DNA from: Piromyces finnis finn
Taxonomy: Eukaryota; Fungi; Neocallimastigomycota
DNA length: 64,000 nt
Assembly: GCA_002104945.1 (NCBI GenBank)
Contig: MCFH01000026.1
Span: 372,001 to 436,000, forward strand
Direction: 5' to 3'
Shown: positions 13,691 through 26,465 of the stretch, piece after piece
Numbering within the stretch: the first letter of the stretch is position 1
How the letters are laid out: each line of letters begins with the position of its first letter
Program-made: the position numbers and the translations under genes
The notes under the pieces: model-generated
Databases searched by the model: none
Told to the model about the DNA's origin: nothing
What the model saw: only the letters and a program-made list of their open reading frames with translations

Positions 13691-14217
13691 ATTATGATTC
13701 TTATGATTATTTAGAGAGAAACATAAGAGAAAAATAATTACTCTTATATTTAAATTAAAAATATATATATATACATTATATTAAAAAATAAAATAGAATT
13801 TTTGATTTATATATTCTAATATTTTTATTATGAATAAAATTTTTATATTAATGCGATTTAAAAGGTAATAGAGATGATTTCGATCCATTTGCTCGTCGTA
13901 AATGTATGCCAACTCATGTTGTAGCTATGAAGTAAGTATCAAATTTAAAAAAAAAAAAAACAGTTAAATTTTGTAAAATCTAATGAAATGTATATATTCT
14001 AAAATAAATTAACAATCGTATGAATTATCCATAAAAAAAAAATAGGAATTCTTTGAGTATGGATTCTTTAGATGAAAAAGTCAATGCACCAGAAGTACCA
14101 GACAGTGCTGTATTAAAAGTAAATCAAGCACCAAATAAACAATTTTCTGTTGCTCTTATTGAAGGTGATGATTTTGATATTGATATTGATGCTTCTAAAG
14201 TGACTATAGTAATTTAA
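10513..14217 (+). CDS. RTF1: RTF1, Paf1 complex subunit (Plus-3 domain), multi-exon
   Basis: MDIDDEILALAGD start; ESYGPDLIKDEEDR; LPEREREIIIAERAEK; Plus-3 LEEFNSARISRDELEQWAYTPFFNKTVIG...ARLGIG...IISNGPFTE; DPFARRKCMPT; C-terminal DDFDIDID. Exons joined by GT-AG introns. Confidence 0.93.
13585..13695. repeat. (ATT)n microsatellite in an RTF1 intron
   Basis: Read directly. Confidence 0.9.
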
Positions 14218-14829
14218 AAAGTATTTTTTTTCTCCCCTACCTCATTTATTTATTTGAATAATATATATTTCAAACGAAATATACTTTAATTTATTCTTTA
14301 CAAAAAAATATATATATATATATATAACTTTGAAAATATTATTTAATTTATATAAAAATAAAATAAAAAAAAAAAAAAAATTAAAGATAAAAATTATATT
14401 CCTTTTGATTTTTAATGGTTTGGTTATGTTTTTTAGTATTAAAAAAAAAAAAAAATACTTGATATCTTTTTTTTTTTTTTTTTTTATTTTTTATTTGTTT
14501 GTTTTTATTTCTTGTTTAAAAATATATATAAAACTTTTGATATAACCTAGTAATTTATATATGAATAAATAAATATATATATATCAAATATCAATGATAT
14601 ATTTATATCAAGCTATTCTAAATGAAATATGATATTAAAGATAGTAAAATAAAAATGCATATGCATATAAAAATACTTATTGTAAAAAAAAGACCGTAAT
14701 ATGCCTTTTTATTTTACAAAGTATTTTTATTAATTATTAATTATACACAATAATTACTTTATGATTATGTATAGTTAATATTTATTTCATTAAACCCTGT
14801 CTGTCATAGTACAAAATACATTATAATGG

Positions 14830-14956
14830 ATTGTAATAAAGAAATGAAAAAAGGGATGTCAAAATATTCTTGATAAATTCTTTTAATTTTTACTATTATC
14901 CTTTTCTTTAATAGCTTCAATAGCATAGCAAACTACTTTTTCATCATTAGGAAAAC
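14830..14956 (-). mobile_element. Possible decayed HTH (psq/CENP-B-type) transposase fragment
   Basis: Reads FPNDEKVVCYAIEAIKEKDNSKN*KNLSRIF then, one base shifted, DIPF; resembles the AI.A(V/I)K...S.R.F.IP helix-turn-helix. No TIR or DDE domain seen. Confidence 0.25.
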
Positions 14957-15283
14957 TTTTTTTTTTTTTTTAATATTATTATTATTATTATTTTATTTTT
15001 ATTTGCTTTTATTTATTTATTTATTTTTTTAATTTTTTTACTTTTTTTTTTTTTTTTTTAAAAAAAATAATTCTAAACAATACATAAAAAGTTTTTCTCT
15101 CTCTCTCTTTTTTTTTTTTTTAATAATTAAAAAAAAAAAAAAAAACTCTAAACTTTTACTATGTATAAAGAATGAATTATACATTTTTTTTTATAGAATT
15201 TTACTACTATTATTATAATTTTAATTTTTTTCTCTTTCTTTCTTTCTTTTTTTTTTTTTTTTTTAAAGCTAATAATAATATAG

Positions 15284-15315
<32 letters not shown>

Positions 15316-15813
15316 AAAATTAACTATTATTACTTTTAATAAAAAATATTATATATATAAATGAAATTTTAATTTAACTGAATGGTTTTTTTTTTAAAAC
15401 TTTATCATTTTTTAAAAGTTATATAAAGAAAAGAATAAAGTTCGATTATAGTAATAATAATAATAATAATAATAATCAACCATTAACATATATTATCATT
15501 ATTAATTATTCTAACGTATAGCTTTATTCTTTTATAAAAAAATTATTTTTTTTATTATACTTTTATATCTTTAAATTCCAAAGTTTAGATATTGGTTTTC
15601 TCCTCTCTTTTAGACTTTTATTTAAATAGATATAGAGAGACTTGATAGATAAAATAATATATACAACATTACTATATATCGTTTATCTATTGAAATTTTA
15701 GCTTTTATAATATACAAAAAAATTTTTTTTATAAAAATAATATAAAATTAATACTCTTATCATAAATTATTATTAGATTATAGAATAAAAATTAATTTTT
15801 TTTTTTTTTATCT

Positions 15814-17973
15814 TTACTTTGGAGTTGTTTTTGGAGTAAAGAATTTACTAAAACCTTGTAAATATGAAATAGAAGTACTACGTGTATGCTTATTTCTTGG
15901 AGGAAGAGTGCTTCTAGCATATCTTGAATCTTCGACTTCTTCAAGATGTGGATCACTCATCATCTTTTGAATAACATTTCTTAAGAATAAAACTAAAGCC
16001 TTGTTTTGTTCTTTTTGGTCTATTTAAATTTTTTAAGCATAGATATAAAATAGTTAATGACACCCTTTTCAATTGATTTTATTTTATTTTTATTATAAAA
16101 ATTAAAGAATATTATATTAAAATATTAAATTTACTTTTAATTTCTTCTTCATATTTAGCAATCTTTGGATCCTTATCAAAAACACTCAAATTTTGAATTT
16201 CTGTTAATTCATCACATAAAGTGGCATCCTTGGATTGTTCACTAACTGATGATTCAGAAACTTCAGAATCAGTTACCTTGTCAAAAGTCTTGAAATTTTT
16301 AAAATTAAAAAAAGTTTTATTTAATTTGTTATAGATCATTTTTTTTTTTAATTAACCAATATTTTTTTTTTTTTTAAAAAAATTTTACTTGTTCAACAAT
16401 AAATCAAAAATAATGTGTATGTATATATATAAATATATATAAATATTATTAATAATAATTACTTGTAAAAATGGATGTTGCATAAGTTCACCAGAGAGTG
16501 TCTTTTCTTGTAAAAGAATTTGATAGGATTCATTTTCTTCAGTTAAATTAGTGTTTGATTCTTCCAATTCTCTAATAAGAGATTTTAAACTCATTATTTC
16601 GGATTCTAATTGTTTTTCTTTGCTACCTTTTTCTTCAATATAATTCTTAGCCTATTAACATATCATAATGAATAATAATTGATGATAAAAATAGTTAATC
16701 ATTTATCATTCCCTCTAAAAGCCTATATTCTATAATGAAATAATACTACTAATAATAATAATAATATTTTTTTTCCTTCTTTTTTCATTTTTTAATCTTA
16801 CAATTTCAAGTTCATCATTTAATTCATTAATAGTTTTTTCATGTTTATTAATTCTACTCTTTAAACCAGTAATATCTGATCTTTCTGGTAATTCAGAGAT
16901 AGCTTCTTGAAGTTGTTTGTCTAAGAAAATACTTTTTCTTTTAAGTTCTAATTTAATAATGAAAATAGTAGAATCGTTTTTTTTTTTTTTTTTAATTTTA
17001 ATATTTCAATATTCAATTTTTTTTTATTTTATTTTATTTTTTAAGACTAATTCAATAATTTATTATTGATTTATACCTCTGTTATTTGACTTTGATTCAC
17101 GAATATCAGATAATAAATTTCTTTCTTTATTTAACCATTCATTTTGTTGGTTTGTCATATTCTTGTTCTAATTATATGTATTATAGATTATTTATATAAT
17201 GAAATATTAATATATATATATATATTTTTGTTATTATAACAATAAAATCATATTATTTGTGTATTTCAAGTTAAAAAAAAAAAAAAATTATTATGGTTAT
17301 TGCTATTGTTGATAATTACGAGTTTATCGATTTTTTCTTCTAAATCTTCTTTTATTCTATTCAAATGATTATTTTCTTTAGTGAGTATATTGATATCATC
17401 TTTTTGATTTGAATACTTTAATTCTAATTTAGCATAATTATCCCTAAGCTTTACTATTTCTTCTTCAGAAGTATTGAATTTCTTTTTACAAAATTTAAAA
17501 ATAAATATTTTTAAATATAAGTTAATAAAATTTATTATTTCATTATTACTCTCAAAAATTGATATCAATGCTTACAGATTTGTATATTAAAATTTGGTCT
17601 CTTAAACTTTCAGCTTCATCTTCTAATTTTTCGATTTCATTGTTGGCTTCTAATTGAAATTCAACAAGCTTTATATTCACAATTGTTTAAATTGATTAAA
17701 ATATATATAAAAGTAGAGTTTGTTAATATTTTTATTATTACTACTAATAATGATGTTGTTATTATTGTTGTTTTTCGTTTTAATATTTTGTGTGTATTTA
17801 GATGATAGAGTAAAACATACTTCTTTGTTATCTTCTTGTAATTTCTGAAGATCTTCAAATAATTGTTTGTTATCCTCTTGAACTTTTTGAAGTTCCTCGA
17901 TTAAAGCTTTAACACCGATTTTAATTTCAGAAGTGTCTAAATTATCGAGATTATTTAATTCAATGGTAACCAT
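15814..17973 (-). CDS. Multi-exon coiled-coil protein of unknown function
   Basis: Heptad-rich E/K/L exons (KALIEELQKVQEDNKQLFEDLQKLQEDNKE; LIRELEESNTNLTEENESYQILLQEKTLSGE; DQKEQNKALVLFLRNVIQKMM). The stop at 15814 overlaps a possible GTAAAG donor, so a further exon ending near 15563 is possible. Confidence 0.7.
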
Positions 17974-18592
17974 GTTCTAAAATAGTTTTATTAAAGTTTT
18001 ATTAAATACAATTGTTAAAAAAAAAGTAACTTTATAAAAAATAATTATTTATTTTGTTTTATTTACTGATATTAAAGATAATTTACGTTTAATTTTTATT
18101 TTTTTTTTTTTTTTTGTATAGTTAACAATGGATTCTTTGATAAATTATTTATAGTTGTTTAATAGATTTTTAAATTGAATTATTTGATTATTCTTGTACT
18201 TTTAAAGTATATTTGTATTTATATATTCCAAAGAGTGACAAGTTGAAATATGAAAATAAAAGCAATGTATAGAATAAATAGAATAAAAATATTGAAGAAA
18301 AATTGACAAAGAAAAAAAAAATATATTTACATAAATTATCAAATATTTATTTTATTTATAAAACTATTGGCATTTACAAATAAAATAAATAGGTGATTGA
18401 GGAATGGTTTTTATTATTATTAATTATTATTTCTTTTTTTTTTTTTATTTATTAAAATTAGTTTACTATTTATAGATATAGAAAAAAAAGAAAAAAAAAA
18501 AAAAAAAAGAAAAAGAAAAAAGAAATGGTAACTTTTTTTATTTTCAAAATGGTTTAATTATAATATATATATATAATAATTTTATTTTTTTT

Positions 18593-18623
<31 letters not shown>

Positions 18624-19924
18624 TTAAAAAAAAAATTTTTTTAATAAATTTTTATAGGTTAAAAAAAAATTTTTTTTTTAAAAAAATAGTTTAAAATAGA
18701 AAAAAGAAAAAGAAAAAAAAAAAGAAAAAAAAACTTTAAAAGAGTTTATTGAATGATTGAAATATTTAAAAAGCAATGAAAACCGGCCCCGGCCTTTTTC
18801 TTTTTTTTTTTTTTTTTTTTATTTTTTTTATTTTCCTTTGCTCTTGATTAAAGTTTTTTTTTTATTTTTTATTTTGGTAAACTTTTTTTATTATTAAAAA
18901 ACAATATATTTTGTTTTATTATTTATATATTAATAATATATTAAATTAATTTAAAAATTAATCCTTAAAATATATTAAAAGTATAATCAAAATAAATTCA
19001 TTCATTTATTTTTTACCGCTCATTCAATTTAAATTAATTTGTATATTAAAATATATTGTAATATATATTAATAAATTAAAAAAATAAACCAGAAAATGCA
19101 ACCAGAAAAATAATAAAAAACTGGCCAAAAAAGCAATTATAAATTATATATTCTTTCATGCCATAATAAAATCATTTAGAAAAGGTAATTATGAATGTAA
19201 GAAATCATTATCGATGATTATATTGTTATAAATATTACATAATACTAATTAAATAATAATATTATAATTAAATCTTATTATTCAACATTTCCATTTTTAA
19301 TCATTTATTATTAATGTTTATCATTTGTATTGAAATGATACGCCATAAACAACAATATGATTACTATTAAAAAACGTTGATAGCTTTTTTTTTTTTTTGT
19401 TCACTAATTTTTACTTTCTCACTACTGAATGAATAGAATTAGATTTGCTTTATACCTTATTCTTTTTACTAATAATATATTAATAATAATAATAATAATT
19501 AATAATTATTAATTAGTATAAATTTTAACTAAGAAATATTAATTAGGTATCAAATAATTATTATTTCTTACTATTCTGTTTATTTGTTTGATACACCTTA
19601 TATTTCTATTATTTATAAAGGGTAAAAAGAAATACACCAATAACAGTCGCGTCGCAAAACTTTTTAATTGTTAAAAAATCAATTGTTGAACCTATAGTAA
19701 ATTATAAATCGAAACTTGACCATAATATTATTATTTTTATTAACAATTGATTTTAAATAACACTGTCCTGTTCAAGTTTCGATTTATTATTTACTATAGA
19801 CTCAATATAACCTTTTTTTTTATATATTGAAAGTACATTTTATTATAATTCTTTAGAGTAACCACATTAAAACTACCATGCTTTGATGAAAGTGAAAATT
19901 TGTTTTTTTTCCTTTATCGGTAAA

Positions 19925-20040
19925 GTTACACAAAATAAAATTTTCCATTTAAACTTTATTTATTAATAAAATAAAAAACAAAATAAAGTTACACAAATCC
20001 ATGGGAGTGTTTGTGTAACAACTGAAAAAGTTACATGAAA
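19925..20040. promoter_or_regulatory. Conserved GTTACACAAA repeat/inverted-repeat element upstream of esterase copy 1
   Basis: GTTACACAAA at 19925 and 19988, reverse complement TTTGTGTAAC at 20010, GTTACA at 20030; conserved at 26351-26465. Confidence 0.45.
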
Positions 20041-20246
20041 AGATTTTTTTTTTTTTTGAAAGTTATTACTATTATAAAAATAGTGTTATATGTCCATATA
20101 TCGTTATTAAGAGTTTATAATAAATCCATTATTATTTTATAAATAGTAATATTATGAATCATAAATATTTTATTAGTTATTATCAAGTATGAAATAGGTA
20201 AAAGTTAAAAAAACTAAATCATTAAGCCTTTTTTTATACTTTAAAC

Positions 20247-20397
20247 TTTCATTATTAAAATATTTAACATATTTATAATGTTTATTTCTATTTATAATTA
20301 CTTTTTTTCATTATTAAAATATTTAACATATTTATAATGTTTATTTCTATTTATAATTACTTTTTTTCATTATTAAAATATTTAACATATTTATAAT
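20247..20397. repeat. 59-bp tandem repeat, about 2.5 copies
   Basis: Unit tttcattattaaaatatttaacatatttataatgtttatttctatttataattacttttt repeated head to tail. Confidence 0.9.
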
Positions 20398-20756
20398 TAG
20401 TTTTTTTTTTTTTTTTATTGTTGTAAAGATCCATTTTATTAATTAGTATAGCTTTCAATCACACTTTTTTATACAATAGTTCACTTTTTTCTTCAAAAAT
20501 ATTCAATACAAATACATAAAATGATAGGTTGGTAGAACAATGAAATCGTAAATTATTTAATATAAATTTAATTTAATTCTTATGGTTGAAAAATAAATTA
20601 TTATTAAAATTAATTTAAAAATTCATACTAATATATTTTGTACAACATTAAAAAATAGGATAATCTTAATAATAAATTTTAAAAATTATTAAAAGTAAAA
20701 ATGGTATAAAATGAAGATAAAATTACTTTTGGAAATGTACATAAAAAAAAGAAAAG

Positions 20757-21995
20757 ATGAAGTCATCCTTATTAATTAAATTATTTAGTTTTATTGCTGT
20801 TGCTGTAAGCATTTATGCTAGCCCAATTTCAAAAAAGTATAACAAAGAAGAAAAAGTTACATTAACTGTTGAGTAAATATTTATTTTAAATTCTCTAAAT
20901 TAAAATAATATATAAATTTCAGTATAAAAAGTATTCTACAAAAGAAAAAAAAAATATAAAAATATAAATATAAAAAATATACTTATTTAATACTTTATTG
21001 TATAATGTTATTAATTTTATATTTAATACTTTATTTATTGTATAATATTATTAATTTTTTAATTGTTTATATTTAATATAAATAAATAGTAAAAATGTTA
21101 ATTATTACCATGACTTAGATCTTGATGTCTATTATCAAAAGAGTAGTTTAAAAAAAGTAGAAAAGAAACCAGTTGTTATCTACATTTATGGTGGTGCTTG
21201 GTGTTCAGGTATGTAATAAAATAAATAAAATAAAAAAAAAAAGAATTTCAGTAAGTATTAAAATTTATATAAATAAAAATGAATATAATAATAGGTAATA
21301 AGGAAAAGAACGCAAAGACTGGTGAATTCCTTAATGAAAATGGCTACATATCAGTTTTACCAAATTACCATGTTTTCCCAAATGCTACTAATGTTGAAAC
21401 TATGGTTGATGAAATTCATCATGCTATTCAATGGACTAACAAAAATATTCACAAGTATGGTGGTGATAAGAAAAGAATGACTATTGTTGGTCACTCTGCT
21501 GGTTCTCATTTAACTGCTTTAACTTTAGTTAAATCTACTCTTGGTATGAAGAATCTTGGAAAACCATTAAAGAAATTACCAACCTTTAAGGATGTTTTAT
21601 TATTAAATGGTCCATACGTTGTCGGAGATATTGAAGAATCTATTGAAATTTTCTCAAAAATTGGTATGATTGAATATGCTGAAGCTTTCAAGGGTTTATT
21701 CCTTAATAAGACAGGCTACAATCCACAAGATATTCTTGCTGAAAGAAAGAAGAAGTCCATTAAATCTCTTGGTACCGAACACATTACTTTCTTAGAATGT
21801 ACCGAAGACATGACTGTTCCACTTGGTTCAGCTGATCCAATGATTGAACAAGTTAAACGTACTGTTAAAAACATTTCCATAAAACATGTTGTCATTGAAG
21901 GTGAACACAATACCATTAATCATGGTATTAGAGATGGTGATGAAGAAGCAAAAAAGACTTTTATTAATTTAGTTAAAAAATACAATAAACTTTAA
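20757..21995 (+). CDS. Secreted alpha/beta-hydrolase carboxylesterase (HSL/BD-FAE-like), copy 1 (type A)
   Basis: Exons 20757-20872, 21090-21208, 21295-21995 splice in frame. Signal peptide MKSSLLIKLFSFIAVAVSIYA; oxyanion motif YGGAW; nucleophile GHSAG; candidate Asp (ECTED) and His (GEHN). The ORF-track Met at 21279 lies in intron 2. Confidence 0.88.
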
Positions 21996-22709
21996 TTCAA
22001 AAAAATGAAATGAGGAGGAGAATACAATATATATATATATATAAATTTTTAAAATTTAAAAAAAAAAAAATAAAAATAAATTATTAAATTTCATATGAAA
22101 AAACAATAAATAGAAACAAAAACAGTATTATGTAAAATAGATATAAAATAGAAATAGAAAAAGAAAATATATATAAATATTTAAAATAAAGTGAATAAAG
22201 AAAAAAAAAGCATTTAGTATATCATATAAACAGTGTTAATTAATTTTAATTTAATTGTGTCTTTGAAAATAGTGAATTATTTTTTTTAAAAAAAAAATAA
22301 TTATTAATATTAATTACATTCCTAATAAAAATAAAATCTGAAAGAGTTTATATATTTATAATTATAATTATTCTATGGATTATTGATAACTTTCACCATA
22401 AAAACTTTAATTTTTGTATATGAACAAATTTCGTTTATTTAAACATGTATGTTTTTAAAAGCCATTTAAGGATAATACCTCTCAGTACTAAACATATTAC
22501 TCAACAAGAGAAATTGTTTTTCTAAAATGGAAAAACATCAAATTATATTATTAAAAATTTTATTTGATACCTCGCTACTCTAAGAAATTGTAAATCAATT
22601 CACCCAATAATTTCATATATATATATATAACTATTCTGATTGTGTAAATTTTTATCAAATATAAAGTATTATTGTAAAAATTATAATAATAGCAATATTA
22701 TTCCTATTC

Positions 22710-22811
22710 TTCTTATTCTTATTCTTATTCTTATTCTTATTCTTATTCTTATTCTTATTCTTATTCTTATTCTTATTCTTATTCTTATTCTTATTCTTAT
22801 TCTTATTCTTA
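22710..22811. repeat. (TTCTTA)n hexanucleotide microsatellite, about 17 copies
   Basis: Perfect run read directly. Confidence 0.95.
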
Positions 22812-24312
22812 TTCTTTGACTAAAGAATCTTTTTCATTGAACATAAACTACATAAGAGATTAGAAAATATCATTAATTAGAAAAGCAAATAACTCCAAAA
22901 ATGAAAGAAAAACCCTCGGATATATACTAATAACAAACTTCTTAATTCAAATCAATTTTTTTACTCTTTAATCTCAACAATCACCTCTTAGATTTAGGAA
23001 ATATATGAATTCTCTGTATTCATTTAGTAGAACACTACCAGAACTACTATTGTTAAAGATTTTCAATGTTCATTATACCTAGTGAATACAATTAATCCAA
23101 GGATTGCGAAATGTATGCTTGATTACTTCTTGAGATTCAAACATCGAATTTTAGATAATAATGTATTTTTTAATTATAATATATAATTTGAACCTCTGAT
23201 ATTTGGCACTTCACAAAAAAACGTACCTCCTTCAATTTTCCTTTTATTAAATATTATTTATTTATCTATTATTTGTAAATTAGGCAAAGAATTATATATA
23301 TTAAATAAAACATATTTTTATAATTTTCGTAATTATATGCTATGTTTATAATTGCTTAATTACTGTTTTTATGTATATAAATTTGAAGTATAATAAAAAT
23401 ATTATAATAAAAATTAGTTTAAATAAATTTTTGTTTTCGTTTTATTTACTTTGTCTTTTGATTTTTCAAGCCTCATTGGTATTTGATCACGTTACTCTTA
23501 GATTATTTTAATTTATTCTATGTAATTATTATTAAATAAATTTTTATTTCATATTTATATCAAAATTTAAATTATTATCATAATTATAATATAGAATATT
23601 CCTTTTTTCTAAAAAACAATTACTCCTTCATATCGTTATTACTATTATAATGTATTATTGTTATCATTTTTGATATTAAATCCCTAAAATATTGTATGTA
23701 TTATATTTTTCATAATATAGATTATTCTTCTTTTCCAAATTATAATTTTAACTTTGAGAGATGGTTTCTTATTTCTTGTTATATTTAATAACATTATTAA
23801 CATTATTAATATATTTATAAAATTATTTCTCTTTTTAATGTATTTTTTTATATATATTTGAGAAGATCCATTTTACTAATTGAAATAACCTTCAATCTAA
23901 CTTTATATAAATAATAAAAAAGTTAAGTTATTCAATTTATAACTAATAAAATACTTTTAAAAATAATAGAACATTTTTCAAGAAAAAAAAATATATATAT
24001 ATAAAATTAGTTTATCAATAATGTATAATAATAATGTATTAATGTGCCACATCTAAATAATAGGAGATATGGGGTTTCTTTTAATATATAAAATAATATT
24101 CTTTTTTATATAGAAAAATGTGGGATAAAATTTTTAATAATTGAATTTAATTTATTTTCTTTTTAAATATATTTATATACATTGTACAACATTAAAATAT
24201 CTTTTAATAAATAAACTTTATTTATTAATATTTTAAATATTAAATAAAAAGATAGAGTATAAAAAGAAGAAAATATTTCTATCTTTTTTTGAATTAAAAA
24301 AAAAAAAAAAAG

Positions 24313-25557
24313 ATGAAGTCATCTATATTAATAAAATTATTTAGCTTTATTGCTGTTGCTGCTAGCATTTATGCTAGTCCAATTTCAAAAAAACATCATC
24401 ATAAAGAAAAGATTACTTTAGCTGTTGAGTAAATATTTATTTAAACTAAAACAAAAATATATATAATGTTATTTATTTTATTATAAAAAATAAATTTATA
24501 AAAAAGTTATTAAAATGTAAATTTATAAAAGAATATTTATATAGTTAATACTTTATTATATAATATCACTAATTATTCACATTATATTTAATATAAATAG
24601 TTCTGTTAACTTTTACCATGACTTAGATCTTGATGTCTATTATCAAAAGAGTAGTTTAAAGAAATTAAAAAAGAAACCAGTTGTTATCTACATTTATGGT
24701 GGTGGTTGGTGTTCAGGTAAATAACAAAATAAAAATTAAAAATATAAAGTATTATTATATTATTAAATTATTAAAAATAAAATAAAGTAAAAAAAAAAAA
24801 ATATTTAGAGATTATTAACAATTTATAAATAAAAATAAAAATGAATATGATTATAGGTAAAAAGGAAAATAACTATGAAATAGGTGAATTCCTTAGTGAA
24901 AGTGGATACATATCTGTTATACCAAATTACCATGTTCATCCAAATGCTACTAGTATTGATACTATGGTTGATGATATCCATCATGCTATTCATTGGACTT
25001 ACAAAAATATTCATAAATATGGTGGCGATAAAAAAAGAATGACTCTTTCTAGTCACTCTGCTGGTTCCCACTTATCTATTTTAACTTTAATCAAATCTTC
25101 TCTTGGTATGAAGAATCTTGGAAAACCATTAAAGAAATTACCAAACTTTAAGGATGTTTTATTATTAAATGGTTTATACGTTGTTGGTGATATCGAAAAA
25201 AGTATCGAACTTTTCAGTCAATATGGTATGATGAATTATGTTGAAACTTTCAAAGATTTATTCCTTAATAAAACTGATTATAATCCACAAGATATTCTTG
25301 CTGAAAGAAAAACCAAGTCTATTAAATCTCTTGGTACCGAACATATTACTTTCTTAGAATGTACCGAAGATACAAATGTTAAACCTGGTTCAGCTGATCC
25401 AATGATTAAACAAGTTAAACGTACTGTTAAGAAAATTTCTACAGGTTATTATCTTGCTGAAGGTGATCACGATACTATTAATCATGGTATTAGAGATGGC
25501 AAGGAAGAAGCCAAAAAGATCTTTATTAATTTAATTAAAAAGTACAATAAACTTTAA
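24313..25557 (+). CDS. Secreted alpha/beta-hydrolase carboxylesterase, copy 2 (type B)
   Basis: Same 3-exon structure; YGGGW, SHSAG, ECTED, GDHD motifs. Confidence 0.88.
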
Positions 25558-26350
25558 AAAAAAAGAATATAAAAAATAGTAATTAAAGTAAAACAATAGA
25601 TATTAAATTATTCCTATTACAAATTAAAAAAGAAAAAAATAATAATAAATAAATAAATAAAAAAATAAATAGAAGAAAAGTAATATATAAGTTAGTTACT
25701 TAAATTATATAATACAAAATAGAAAAAAATATAAATATTTATAAAAAAAATTTTATAATTATTAAAAAAAAACCTTTAGTATATACATTATTAATACTTT
25801 GATTTTTTATTTAAAAAATCAATTTCGGTAAATTTAATATATAAATTAATAAACTATTTATCAAAACTTTTTTAAAAAAAATAATCAATTTTTTATTTTT
25901 TTGTTCATCATCCTTATTTATTTTTTTTTCCTCCTCACTTATTCAATAAATGGAATAACAAAAATCTGAGGTTTGGTTATACCGTATATTAATAATATTT
26001 TCTATTCATTTTTTTCTACTTTATCTATTTGACACAACATACATTTTTGTTATTCATATAAAAATAAAATCCAATACAGTAACAATAGCCGTTGAGAAAT
26101 AATAAAATTTTAATTGTTAAAAAAATAAATAACTATTAAAATTTTAAATTATAGTACTATAATCAAGTTTATGTTTAGCTATTTAAAAATGCTTTTTATT
26201 TTTATAACTCAGAGTACCTTTTATTTATATTATTATTGTTGTTGTTGTTATTATTATTATAAAAAATAATAGTACACCTATTATCAAATTATCAAGTATT
26301 ATTATCAAGTATGGTTACTAAAATAATTTGCCTTTTTTCATTTCTACAAA

Positions 26351-26465
26351 GTTACACAAAATATAATTTTCCATTTAAACTTTATTTATTAATAAAATAA
26401 AAAAATCAACATTAAGTTACACAAATTCATGGAAGTGTTTGTGTAACAACTGAAAAAGTTACATA
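26351..26465. promoter_or_regulatory. Second copy of the GTTACACAAA element, upstream of esterase copy 3
   Basis: GTTACACAAA at 26351 and 26416, TTTGTGTAAC at 26438, GTTACA at 26458. Confidence 0.45.

Noticed and set aside
20247-20397. CRISPR-like or telomeric interpretation of the tandem repeats
   Set aside because: No unique spacers or cas genes, eukaryotic context, and no canonical telomere motif seen.
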